Part shown: piece by piece, positions 34,342-44,345 of the stretch
Layout of the letters: every line of letters begins with the position of its first letter
How positions within the stretch are numbered: position 1 is the first letter of the stretch
Source: Alphaproteobacteria bacterium
GTDB taxonomy: Bacteria; Pseudomonadota; Alphaproteobacteria; SHVV01
DNA: 64,000 nt
Direction: 5' to 3'
Assembly: GCA_965261735.1 (NCBI GenBank)
Contig: OZ253470.1
Coordinates: 384,001-448,000 of the forward strand
Program-made: the position numbers and the translations under genes
The notes under the pieces: generated by a model
What the model was told of the DNA's origin: nothing
The model's database searches: none
What the model saw: the letters and a program-made list of their open reading frames with translations, nothing else

Positions 34342-34894
34342 AATTCCCTGTTCTCCCGAACAAAATCCCTGTTCGCTCGAATGAATTCCCTGTTACATAG
34401 TTTAGGGAATTGGACCGAAAACACTAGCGTTTCTGCCATGTTTCAAACACAGGAAAGCTTCTGAATCCCTGCAAAAGAGAAAATTTTCCTGTAATTTCCC
34501 TGTTAAACAGGGAATTGGCCTCAGAGACGAGTTCGCGGGAGACTGCCTGCACAGCCAGCCACCCCGGCGAAGCAGTCTCTTCATCGCATAGCTCGGCCAA
34601 GCCGCGGGAAACAGGGCCCGTTTCGCGGTCAAACGGAATTCTGAGCTCCTGAACCCGGGAGCATTTCCGGCCATTGCCGGGGTTCCCGGCGTGCGGTCTC
34701 CGCGAGCGCGATGCAAGGGTGAGTTTGGTGGCAACAGGGAATTTTTGCGATTACGGCCTCAAAACAGGGAGATTGTAGCGAACTGCCGACCAAAATGAAG
34801 AAATTATCTTTTTTTATCAATGACTTCTGAACTTTCCTGTTTTTCTGCAGAAGGGCAGTCGATATCAGGGAAGCAAATGAAGGGAACAGGAAAT
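34342..34894. repeat. Array of WWTCCCTGTT / AACAGGGAWW boxes downstream of the serine recombinase
   Basis: CCCTG at 34346, 34367, 34388, 34467, 34498; inverted boxes near 34403, 34449, 34506, 34610, 34733, 34763, 34864, 34885. Confidence 0.85.
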
Positions 34895-34945
34895 AATCCG
34901 GCCCGTCTTGCCGTAGTCGAGTGAGCGGGATGTGGGTGCCAATCC

Positions 34946-36535
34946 CTATTCCGGCGATGTTGCAATTCCGATTTGGACGGCTTGTTGCGACCAGGCGAGC
35001 GGTATTGGGCCCTTGAGGAGCTGTGTCAGTGTTACCCCTGCGGATTGGCGACCTTCAACAATCGCTCTTTGGATCTCCGGTGCCAGAAAGGCCAGGCGAA
35101 CGAGCTGGCGGCGATAGGGCGTATCCGGTGCTGTGACGAGCACGGGCAATCCGCCATCATCGTGGTGCAGCATGGCGTGTGCGGAGCGGAGCGCCTTGAC
35201 CAGAACAGGGTCCGGCATGTGTCCCGCACTTGGGCCCTTGAGAACCCAGGTCTCGCCACGACGCCGGACAAGGGGCAGATGCAGTCTGGCGAGACGCGCA
35301 TCCACAGGATCCGGCTCGAGGCGTTCGTGCGGCTCGAGGCGCTGGCGCATCGCGACGATCCGGTCGATCGGCAGCAAGCAGTGCAGCGACTGATCGTGGA
35401 GCTCGGCGCGGACAACAAGCGTGATGGGATCGTCCGGACATCCCGCGATCACGCGACGCAGCACGGTCGCGAGGGCGACTTCGAGCGGTGGGGCGGATAT
35501 GCGCCGGATGGCTGTGTCGGATGGATCGCGCCTTGCCCCTTGCTGCAGCGGTGCCGAGACATAGTAGCGATAGAGCCTGCCACCCCGCCCATAAGAGAAG
35601 GTCGGCGACATCGGCCGACCATCCGCGTCGAAGAGGCGCCCGGCCAGAGGGGCATTCGCCTTTTGCTCGCGATTCGATGCCCGGCGGCGGGTGTTCGCGT
35701 CGAGCCGCGCCTGGACGGCCGCGAAGAGATCGCCATCGATGATGGCCTGGTGCCGGCCGGGATGCGCCCTCCCCTTGTGGACGATCATGCCGCGATAGAC
35801 TCTGTTGCGCAGCAGTTGAAAGAGCGCGCCACGACTGAACGGCCGGCCGCCGGATAGTCGACCCGCCCGCGTCACGCGCCGCTTCGAACGGATGCCCCGG
35901 TCCTCAAGCCATCGCTGCAGCGCGTGCACGGAGCCGAGATCGATATAGGCCCCGAAGATGGTGCGCACGATCTCGGCCTCCTCCTGGTTGACCGCCAGGG
36001 CGCGCGTGCCATCCCCAGGCGGGTCGTAGCCAAGCGGCACAGTGCCGCCCATCCACATGCCCTTGGCCTTGGAGGCCGCGATCTTGTCGCGTATGCGCTC
36101 GCCCGTCACCTCGCGCTCGAACTGCGCGAAGGACAAGAGCACGTTCAGTGTCAGGCGGCCCATGCTGGTCGTGGTGTTGAAGGCCTGGGTGACGCTGACG
36201 AAGCTGGCCCGGCGGCGATCGAAGATCTCGATCATGCGTGCGAAGTCGGGCAAGGACCGGGTCAGGCGGTCAATCTTGTAGACGACGATGACGTCGACCT
36301 TGCCGGCTTCGATGTCGCAGAGAAGCCGCTTGAGCGCCGGGCGCTCCATGGACGCGCCGGAGAAGCCGCCATCGTCGTAGCGGGCCCGGACTGCTCTCCA
36401 ACCTTCGCCGGCCTGGCTCTTCACATACGCCGCGCAGGCTTCGCGCTGCGCATCGAGGGAGTTGAACGCCTGCTCAAGGCCTTCCTCGCTGCTCTTCCTC
36501 GTATAGAGGGCGCAGTGGAGACGGGGCCGGCTCAT
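34946..36535 (-). CDS. Large serine recombinase (resolvase + recombinase domains)
   Basis: 'CALYTRKS...NSLDAQREAC', 'VYKIDRLTRS', 'SFAQFERE', 'WMGG..PLGY'; ATG overlaps the upstream stop. Confidence 0.93.
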   Translation of the reverse strand: MSRPRLHCALYTRKSSEEGLEQAFNSLDAQREACAAYVKSQAGEGWRAVRARYDDGGFSGASMERPALKRLLCDIEAGKVDVIVVYKIDRLTRSLPDFARMIEIFDRRRASFVSVTQAFNTTTSMGRLTLNVLLSFAQFEREVTGERIRDKIAASKAKGMWMGGTVPLGYDPPGDGTRALAVNQEEAEIVRTIFGAYIDLGSVHALQRWLEDRGIRSKRRVTRAGRLSGGRPFSRGALFQLLRNRVYRGMIVHKGRAHPGRHQAIIDGDLFAAVQARLDANTRRRASNREQKANAPLAGRLFDADGRPMSPTFSYGRGGRLYRYYVSAPLQQGARRDPSDTAIRRISAPPLEVALATVLRRVIAGCPDDPITLVVRAELHDQSLHCLLPIDRIVAMRQRLEPHERLEPDPVDARLARLHLPLVRRRGETWVLKGPSAGHMPDPVLVKALRSAHAMLHHDDGGLPVLVTAPDTPYRRQLVRLAFLAPEIQRAIVEGRQSAGVTLTQLLKGPIPLAWSQQAVQIGIATSPE

Positions 36536-36945
36536 TTGGCGGATCGGAGGCCGAAGAAGCGCGGGCCATTCCAACGCGTGCCCGCGATCGCGGTCGCGGC
36601 CGCGGAGAGGCTCTTGAAGAGTTGACCCCCGTGGCGAAACCCCTCTTCTTCGACCGTGACCTGGACGATCCGCCCCCGCCATTCACGCCGCAGCGTGGTC
36701 CCGATCCCGAGCTCAAGACCTTCTGCCTGGACCCGCTGGCGGCGCTTGAGCTGGCGCCGTGTGTCACGATCGAGACCGCCGAGAGCCTCTGCCTGCAACC
36801 GCCAGGCCAGACAATAACGCAACAGCGCGGCCGAGCGCAGCTTCGGCGGGACACCGTAGCGGTTGCGCCAAACCTCTCGAAGCCCTTCGAGACCAAGGGG
36901 CGTGAGCGCCTCGATCTCGTCCGCAAGCGGCGCCTCGCCGGTCAT
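36532..36945 (-). CDS. DUF2924-like protein
   Basis: 'LAWRLQAEALGGL', 'GTTLRREWRG', 'SLSAAATAIAGTRWNGPRFFGL'. Confidence 0.85.
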   Translation of the reverse strand: MTGEAPLADEIEALTPLGLEGLREVWRNRYGVPPKLRSAALLRYCLAWRLQAEALGGLDRDTRRQLKRRQRVQAEGLELGIGTTLRREWRGRIVQVTVEEEGFRHGGQLFKSLSAAATAIAGTRWNGPRFFGLRSAK

Positions 36946-37238
36946 GTCACCGGTTGCTCGATGCGGTAGCGCCGCAGGCCCCCTTCTTTCTCGGACCGGA
37001 TGACGTGGCCCTTGCGTCGCAGCGCACCGGCGAGCCCGCCTCGAACCGAATGGGGCTGCCAGCCCGTTGCCTTACAGAGTTCGGCGATGGTCGCGCCGCC
37101 CGGGGCACTGAGATGGGCGACGAGAAGAGCGAGCTTCGTGGTCCCCGGCGGCTTCAGAGCTGTCGCCTTTGAGTTCTTGCGGTTGGTCGCCTTCGCAGCG
37201 CGCGATCCCGACTTTTTCCTTAACGGCTTGTTGGTCAT
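36942..37238 (-). CDS. DUF3489-like winged-helix protein
   Basis: 'TKLALLVAHL..PGGATIAEL..ATGWQPHSVRG'; RBS ggaggag; basic N-terminus. Confidence 0.85.
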   Translation of the reverse strand: MTNKPLRKKSGSRAAKATNRKNSKATALKPPGTTKLALLVAHLSAPGGATIAELCKATGWQPHSVRGGLAGALRRKGHVIRSEKEGGLRRYRIEQPVT

Positions 37239-37427
37239 GGTGTTCTCCTCCGGTATTGCGGCGCAGATCGGCGCCGCTACCGGGGCAAGCCCGGGGTGGC
37301 CGGGCGTGGTCGCACTGACGCTCCTTTGCGCCGGCAAGTCCAGTGCTCTTGCACGACTCGGCGACTGCAACAGCCCGGCCTTACAGCGTCGAGCTCCGCA
37401 TTCAGGACACGTTCCGACAGCCCTTTC

Positions 37428-37992
37428 TTCGAGGCGTCGTCGCGGCCAACCATGCGCTTTGTAGCTGTGAAGACGGAGGAACAGCAGGCTCGGGGCAGGG
37501 AGTATGAGAAGCTGGCTCGGCAATGTGCGGCGGAGAATGCCGATCATGTCCGGTACCTGGCGCGCTTGATCGAGTTGGAGCTGATAGACCGCGAAGCCCG
37601 CATGGTCGAGCGACGCATCAAGGCGGCGAGGTTCCCTTCGATCAAGAGCCTGGAGAGTTTCGGCTTCGATGCGATCCCCACACTCAACAAGAAACTGGTT
37701 GTGGATCTGGCCCGCTCGGATTTTGTCGATCCACACGAGAACGTCATCGCGCTTGGCCCCAGCGGTGTCGGCAAATCCCATGTCGCCATCGCCCTGGGCG
37801 TGGCGGCATGCCAGCGAGGCATAAGAACCCGCTTCGCCACCGCCGCCGTGATTGTGCATGAACTCATCGAGGCCCACGACGAGAAGCGGCTCTTGCGCCT
37901 GCAAAGGCAACTTGCCAGCCACGAGTTGCTGATCATCGACGAACTCGGCTTCGTTCCTCTCTCGAAGACTGGCGCCGAGCTATTGTTCGAAC
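37428..37992 (+). pseudogene. Chimeric remnant: IS110 fragment fused in frame to istB, then cut by IS1595
   Basis: 'RPTMRFVAVKTEEQQARG' (as in the ORF at 55550) joined to 'REYEKLARQCA...GPSGVGKS...IIDELG'. Confidence 0.85.
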
Positions 37993-38212
37993 CTTGCCTA
38001 TCCGGTTTACACCCACACCCACTAGGGCTAGAATGGGCGCAAACCGGATATAGGGGAGCGCGCCATGGATGTTCTCGACCGCGCCGATCTCCCATTCCCG
38101 CATTCGCTACCCGAGTTCCAGCGACTTTTCCCCGATGATGCGGCCTGCGCCGCCTACCTGGAGAAAGCCCGCTGGGGAGACGGCTTTGCCTGCCCGCACT
38201 GCGGCACGGCGG
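37993..38212 (+). mobile_element. IS1595 left-end fragment
   Basis: TIR cttgcctatccgg and 'MDVLDRADLPFP...CPHCG' shared with the 45628-46657 element. Confidence 0.9.
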
Positions 38213-38457
38213 GATCGCCGCCGACAGGATCGGTGCGCCCGGATCGCCGGCAACAATGCCATTCCGCGCCACCAACGCCGCCAATTGGTCCTCAATCATC
38301 CTGATCGGCGCGAAGATGGCCGTCCAGTCGAAGGCGAATTGCACGTCGAGCGGTTTCGAGTCACGCTCGACGGGTTGGGAGGGTTCCATATGGGGAATCC
38401 CGGTTAAAGATCGCGCAAATCAAGGACGAATAAGATCGGGTTAGCTGGAAGGTCAGA

Positions 38458-40114
38458 ATGACAGAGGATGAAAAGAACGCGGAAAAGCTGCGGGTGCTTG
38501 AGCGGTACTCAGAACTGCAATCCACTATCGAATGCCTTCGCAGTCGGATTCTTCGGTGGCACGGCTATCTTTCGCAGGTCTATACCAATATCGAAGGTGT
38601 GAGGTGGCCTCGGTTTGTCGGACAGCTTGGCGGCTTGATTAAGGTGTATTCCAGTTGTCGTTCATGCCGCCAGAATCCCTTTGCATCGATCTCCTTGCCG
38701 TTGTTGTTGCGCCTGTGGGGATGTGGGCAAGGCGCGTAGCGGCTTGTCCATCATATCCACAGGCGGGGCGCCGCGGTAGGCCTCGGCCGGCGTTTCCCCC
38801 CCGAGCGCCGAGTGCGGCCTCTCGGTGTTGTAGAAGTCGATCCACTCGCCGATGACGCGCCGGGCCTCGAAGCCGTCGGCGAGCTCGCGCAGATAGACGG
38901 CCTCGTATTTGAGCGAGCGCCACAGCCGCTCAATGAAGATGTTGTCCAGGCACCGGCCCCTGCCGTCCATCGAGATCCGGATGCCGGTCTCCCGCAAGCG
39001 CCCGGTGAAGGCGAAGCCGGTGAACTGGCTGCCCTGGTCGGTATTGAAGATCTCCGGCGTGCCATGGCGGGCCAGCGCCTCGTCGAGCGCGTCTGTGCAG
39101 AAGCCCGCATCCAGGGTGTTCGACAGACGCCAAGCCAGCACATGCCGGTTGGCCCAGTCCATGATCGCCACCAGGTAAAGAAAGCCGCGCCGCACCGGGA
39201 TGTAGGTGATGTCGGCGCACCAGACATGGTTCGCCCGCTCGATCGTCAAGCCTCTGAGCAGATAGGGGTAGACCCGGTGCTCGGGATGCGGATCGCTGGT
39301 GCGCGGCGCCCGATAGATCGCCTGAAGCCCCATCAGGCGCATCAGACGACCGGCCCGGCGACGACCGACGCGCACGCCCTCGCGGCGTAGATGACGGACC
39401 ATCTGACGGGCGCCGTAGAACGGATACTTCAGGAACAACTCATCAATGCGCCGCATCAGCGCCAGGGTCTCCGGGCTCTCGCCCTTGGGCGTGTAATAGA
39501 GCGAGGAGCGTCCGATCGACAGCAAACGGCATTGACGGCTCAAGCTCAGCGCCGGGTGAGCGCGTATCACCATCGTTCGCCTCTCGGCCCGGCTCATCGA
39601 CCGGACCCTCGAGACAAAAAATCCCGCTCCACCGTCAACTCGCCGATCTTCGCGTGAAGATCACGGATCTCGCTCTCATGGTCCCGACGGCGGCGCTCGC
39701 CCCCGTTCGAAAACACTTCGCCAAGACCATCGATCGCCTGCCGCTTCCATGTGCTCACTTGGTTCGGATGAACCTGGTGCTGCGAGGCGATCTCCTGAAG
39801 CGTCCGGTCGCCACGAAGCGCCTCAAGCGCGATCTTCGCCTTCAGCTCCCCGGAAAACCTGCGTCTCTTACTCATCGCGTATCCCTCCTCAGTCGGCGGA
39901 ATACACCTTAAAAACCTGTCCGATTTTCCGGGGCCACCTCAGTGCCAAGGGCCTAGCCGACTGCATGCCGTTGCTGGATAACGTCGTTGAGGGAGCTGGT
40001 GATGTGCGGATCGTTGTCGACATTGATGGCTTGTCAAAGGCGATCCACGAGCGCCGCCAATTGGAAGAGTCGCTCAGGCGCATGAATCTCGGGGCGCTGA
40101 TACAGAGGCCCTAG
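38458..40114 (+). pseudogene. Small hypothetical gene split by IS3
   Basis: MTEDEK...NIEG resumes in frame as AKGLADC...LIQRP after removing the IS and one GTG copy. Confidence 0.65.
38600..39941 (-). mobile_element. IS3-family element copy 1 (orfA 39594-39875, orfB 38662-39597)
   Basis: TG..CA TIRs tgaggtggcc; 3-bp TSD GTG; rve DDE motifs. Confidence 0.95.
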
Positions 40115-40383
40115 TCCTGGCCTGCGGCGGCGGGCGTCAAGGGACTTTGGTCACTTTCGTATATAAATCCCATAAAAAGGCGATGTAGTTTAAGAGTCGA
40201 GATTAGGGCATTTTCTAAGCTTTTGATATTTCGCCTCTTTTCCCGTATACCGTTGATTTCTTTGGATTATTTGTTTTCATTCCATACGCCATGCGGTCGC
40301 TCGCGGCCACCGATATACAAAAAAACGCGGACTCGGCGAGATACGGGCGTGCATACCACCGGGGTGGGCGGAGCCTCCCCGGC

Positions 40384-40830
40384 TCAGCGACGACCGGCGA
40401 GACGGGCGATTGCATCGCGGAACGCCGCCGTGCGCGCCACCCCGTTATGGCTGGCGTTGGCGACTTCCATGAATGTTGCGGTGACACCACGCGCCTCGAG
40501 TGCCGCCATGTAGTCGCGCGCGAGCACAGGCATGGTGTTGGTGTCTTTGCTGCCCGTCAACGCGATAACCTCGACATTGGTGGAAACCGCATCCACAAAG
40601 GCGTGCGGAGAGCGGCTGCGGGCCCATGGGCGGCGGCCCCGCATCCGTCGCCACTTGCCTATGTTGCACGGACAGGCAGCGAGGACCGCCGCACCGACAA
40701 GTCCGGCGTACCGGCCGAGGATGACGGCGCCTATGGCGGCGCCCCCGGAATGACCGACAAATACGACGCGTTCGGCGCCATGGTGGGATTTCAGTTCGGC
40801 AATGGCACGTAAATTTCCCTTGTCGGCGCC
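40384..40830 (-). pseudogene. Alpha/beta hydrolase C-terminal fragment
   Basis: GHSGG nucleophile elbow; 'GSKD', 'SHN'; N-terminus missing. Confidence 0.65.
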
Positions 40831-40992
40831 GGCGGCGATTAACTTGGTTTGGCGGTAGAATACATCCAGCACATCGGTTCAAGTTGAACGACGTGAAAAG
40901 GGAAACGGCAAACTGGCGTGTAACAGTGGCAATCAGTTGCACCAGCCGGGCCACGCGGCAGTATAAGAGGCTTGAAATGAGAGGTTCAGGAA

Positions 40993-41328
40993 ATGGCTAT
41001 CGATGAGACCGGGCTCACCAAAGGTCTGGTGAGAAAATTGAACGCGCTTCGGAAATCTGTCGGCGACGACCTCGCCGAAGAGGTCTTCGCAAGGTGGCTG
41101 GAGCGGGAGGCTGCCTCACAAGCCAGGAGCAAGCCAGATCCCGTGGCGATGAAGATCGTCGAGGCTCTCGCGGGCTTTGAGAATGACCCGAAGTTCAATC
41201 TCGGAAATTATGGCTACACACTGCGCCGCGCCAAAGGCAAGGGTGCGTCGGGCTTCATCGCATACAAGAATGAAAAGGCGGATAGAGCGCCGACCCCGTC
41301 TTCTGAAGTTGAGGAGCTCAGTCGATGA
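40993..41328 (+). CDS. Small hypothetical protein
   Basis: Good RBS; decayed paralog at 52567-52728. Confidence 0.7.
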   Translation: MAIDETGLTKGLVRKLNALRKSVGDDLAEEVFARWLEREAASQARSKPDPVAMKIVEALAGFENDPKFNLGNYGYTLRRAKGKGASGFIAYKNEKADRAPTPSSEVEELSR

Positions 41329-41645
41329 CCGCCTTTGATGACCGCAAAACAGCCGCCGAAGCCAAGTTCACGCATGATCAGGAGTTCCAGTTCAAGACCA
41401 TCGCGCGGCGCAACAAGCTGCTCGGCCTGTGGGCAGCGGAGCAAATGGGCATTTCTGGCGCGGATGCCGAAGCCTACGCCAAGCAGGTCGTGATCGCCGA
41501 TTTTGAAGAGCCGGGCGATGCCGATGTGTTGCGGAAGGTGCTCGGCGACCTGACTGACAAAGGGATCGCGACGGACGAGCACAAGGTGCGTCACGAGATG
41601 ACCCGCCTGCTCGAGGAAGCCAAAACGCAGGTTTCGATCGAATAG
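41325..41645 (+). CDS. F1Fo ATPase inhibitor zeta subunit (DUF1476)
   Basis: 'MTAFDDR...EAKF.HDQE..FK..ARRNKLLGLWAA'. Confidence 0.88.
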   Translation: MTAFDDRKTAAEAKFTHDQEFQFKTIARRNKLLGLWAAEQMGISGADAEAYAKQVVIADFEEPGDADVLRKVLGDLTDKGIATDEHKVRHEMTRLLEEAKTQVSIE

Positions 41646-41699
41646 AACGCGATCATTATCAACAGGCTGGCACCGCGGGATCCCGGTCCGTCAGCAACG

Positions 41700-41857
41700 C
41701 AAAGCTATGCAACCCCCGCAGCATATATTGGCCCGCATGGCCCTCGTGCCCCTACTCGCCGTCCAGTCCAGCCGCGTACCACCGACGAACCGCCGTGTAC
41801 GGACCCGTACGCACGGTGGTGTGGGAGGGGTGGAGCCCTGAGGCTCCCCCTATGCCG
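41700..41857 (+). mobile_element. Group II intron 3' remnant (domains V/VI, IIC-like)
   Basis: gaaccgccgtgtacggacccgtacgcacggtggtgtgggaggggtggagccctgaggctccccctatgcc from 41787. Confidence 0.85.
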
Positions 41858-42058
41858 TCCCCTCAGCACCTGCCCGACGGATGCGTGTTCCAAATTCGTT
41901 GCCCGGTAGCGGCCGGCTTCTGTAAAACTCTGGCAACCGAATTGAAGAAGTCGCGTCAAAGCGTCTTGTCGCAATCTCTGCGCTGCTGTCCTCGTGGCGG
42001 GCGTCGATCGACGCTCTGCGCGGCTCTTGCTGAATTGCTCAGTACGGGAGAAGGCAAT

Positions 42059-43756
42059 ATGAGACTGACATCGTTGGCGATCATGATGGTCGCCGCCCTG
42101 CTCGTATCCGGCACTGCGGCGGCCGAGCGAGGAAGTGACGGTCATGTCAGCATCATCTACTGGCAGGCCCCGTCGATCCTCAATCCGTATTTGTCGGGCG
42201 GTACGAAAGATCACGAGGCCGCATCGATGGTCCTGGAACCGCTTGCCCGATTCGACGAGTCGGGAAACCTTACTCCCTGGTTGGCTGCGTCTGTGCCAAC
42301 GGTGGGAAATGGCGGTGTGTCTGCTGACTTGAAGACCATTACATGGACGCTGCGTGACGGCCTCCTGTGGTCGGACGGAAGCCCGGTGACGGTCGCCGAT
42401 GTTGTGTTTACCGCCGAGTACTGCCGCGATACCGCCGGCGGCTGTTCGCAACTGGCGAAGTTTGACGAGGTGACCGAGGTCAAAGCGGTCGACGATCTGA
42501 CCGTGGAGGTCACCTTCGGGGTCCCCAAGCCTTATCCCTACGGCCCCTTCGTCGGTGCCACATCGCCGATCCTGCAGAAGGCGCAATTCGCGGATTGCAC
42601 CGGCGCCCGGGCTCCGGAATGTGCCGAAGCCAATTTCATCCCAATCGGCACCGGCCCGTTTCGAGTGACGGAGTTCCGGTCGAACGACGTGATCTCCCTG
42701 GAAGCCAACCCCCACTATCGCGATCCGGCAAAGCCGGCCTTCGCGACCGTTGCGTTCAAAGGCGGGGGCGATGCCGCGGCGGCGGCGCGCGCCGTTCTCG
42801 AAACCGGCGAATTCGACTATGCCTGGAACCTGCAACTCGCTCCAGATGTACTGCAGAGTATGCAGGCTGCGGGAAAGGGGGTGGTGGTTTCAAGTTTCGG
42901 CACTCTGGTCGAGCGGCTCTTGGTTAACCTGACCGATCCGGCTCCAGAGCTCGGCAACGCACGCTCCACCCGCGCCCATCCGCACCCGTTTCTGTCCGAA
43001 CGCGCCGTTCGCAAGGCCCTGTCGATGGCTATCGACCGTGAGCTTCTCGTTGAGGTCGGCTACGGCCAAGCCGCACGCCCGACCTGCAATGTCGTTCCGG
43101 CGCCAGAGGTCTACGCGTCGGCCGCGAACGAGGATTGTCTGGTGCAGGACATCGAAGACGCAAAGCGTTTGCTCGACGAAGCCGGCTGGCGGCCGGGGCC
43201 GGACGGGATACGGCAGAAGGACGGCGTACGGCTTTCGATCCTGTACCAGACCTCGACCAACGCGGTTCGACAGGATTTCCAGGCTCTGATCAAGCAATGG
43301 TGGTCCGAGATCGGAGTTGAGGTGGAACTCCGCGATATCGACGCCTCAGTGTTTTTCGGCGGTGACCCGGGCAGACCGGATACATACGAGAAATTCTTCG
43401 CCGATATCGAAATGTATGCGAACAACTTCGAGGGCACAGACCCGGAACCGTATCTCGGCGGCTGGCGCTGCGGCAACGAACCCCGGCCGGCCTCGCAGTG
43501 GCGGGGTGCGAACGTGCCACGCTACTGCAGCGAGGAATACGATCGGCTGCTTGGGGAAATGGCGAAGACTGGCGATCTCGATGAAAGGGCTCGCCTCGCC
43601 AAGGCAATGAACGACCTGCTGGTTCAGGACCATGTGTTGATCCCGCTGGTTCACCGCGGTCGCGTGTCAGCCCATGCGCACTCGCTGGGCGGTGTCCTGC
43701 TGAATACCTGGGACAGCGAGATCTGGAACATCGCCGATTGGTATCGGCTTCGATGA
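42059..43756 (+). CDS. Peptide ABC transporter substrate-binding protein (family 5)
   Basis: Signal peptide; 'WSDGSPVTVADV', 'PIGTGPF'; permeases absent. Confidence 0.9.
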   Translation: MRLTSLAIMMVAALLVSGTAAAERGSDGHVSIIYWQAPSILNPYLSGGTKDHEAASMVLEPLARFDESGNLTPWLAASVPTVGNGGVSADLKTITWTLRDGLLWSDGSPVTVADVVFTAEYCRDTAGGCSQLAKFDEVTEVKAVDDLTVEVTFGVPKPYPYGPFVGATSPILQKAQFADCTGARAPECAEANFIPIGTGPFRVTEFRSNDVISLEANPHYRDPAKPAFATVAFKGGGDAAAAARAVLETGEFDYAWNLQLAPDVLQSMQAAGKGVVVSSFGTLVERLLVNLTDPAPELGNARSTRAHPHPFLSERAVRKALSMAIDRELLVEVGYGQAARPTCNVVPAPEVYASAANEDCLVQDIEDAKRLLDEAGWRPGPDGIRQKDGVRLSILYQTSTNAVRQDFQALIKQWWSEIGVEVELRDIDASVFFGGDPGRPDTYEKFFADIEMYANNFEGTDPEPYLGGWRCGNEPRPASQWRGANVPRYCSEEYDRLLGEMAKTGDLDERARLAKAMNDLLVQDHVLIPLVHRGRVSAHAHSLGGVLLNTWDSEIWNIADWYRLR

Positions 43757-43799
43757 CACCGCGACGGAGAGAGGTCTCGAGGTTTGCGCGCTTGAACGG

Positions 43800-44066
43800 C
43801 GGCGGTATGTTTGTCTGCTGTCCGGCGCATGAGCGTTTCCGATCCTGGGTCAATATCATGCCCGGAAACATTAAGAGCGCGATCGCTGGCACCTGCCGTA
43901 AGCTCGATCCCGGTAACGCCGAGCGCTGCCTCGCCAGCTTCGCTTGACGTGACAACTATCGCTACCAACACCAGACCGTGTTCCCCGCTTCGTCCATAGC
44001 GGCGTCTGACCGCAATCCATGCTCTATCGTCTCCTTGTTGCCGGATGACTGTCATGGATAAGCAGA
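43800..44066 (+). mobile_element. Degenerate IS1595 3' remnant related to 53124-54150
   Basis: 'WVNIMPGNIKSAIAGTCRKL'; end catggataagcag. Confidence 0.8.
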
Positions 44067-44129
44067 TGGACGACTTACCGTTCGCTGAGATCAAACTCGA
44101 TTTGAGATCGATTCCTGTCGATTGACATC

Positions 44130-44210
44130 ATCCGCGAGCGTAGCGGGCTCAGGGATGTGCGGTTGCATGATCTTCGCCACTCTTAGGCGTCGTGAGCTTT
44201 GGCGGCTCAA
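44130..44210 (+). pseudogene. Tyrosine integrase fragment
   Basis: 'AGLRDVRLHDLRHS*'. Confidence 0.6.
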
Positions 44211-44345
44211 GTTTCCGAACCAATTACCGATCCTGAGCGTGGCCCCGGCGGCCCATCAGGCTGGCCACGTCATCAACTCCGGCCTTGCACGGCAGGCCAA
44301 GCCTGCATTACTTGCCGACCAGCAATGCCCTCTGTAACGGTAGAT

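Noticed and set aside
34342-34894. CRISPR array
   Set aside because: Repeats are ~10 bp, occur in both orientations with irregular spacing, and there are no cas genes.
34946-36682. 578-aa recombinase as given in the ORF track
   Set aside because: The first 49 codons overlap the DUF2924-like gene; the catalytic domain starts at the ATG at 36535.
36942-37922. 326-aa minus-strand ORF as one protein
   Set aside because: The upstream part is antisense to the istB remnant; only 36942-37238 has an RBS and a recognisable domain.
41700-41857. Retron, DGR or active retroelement
   Set aside because: There is no reverse transcriptase ORF in the window.
41795-42058. N-terminal extension of the SBP
   Set aside because: It is read-through of intron domains V/VI and an ATPase scrap; the signal peptide begins at 42059.
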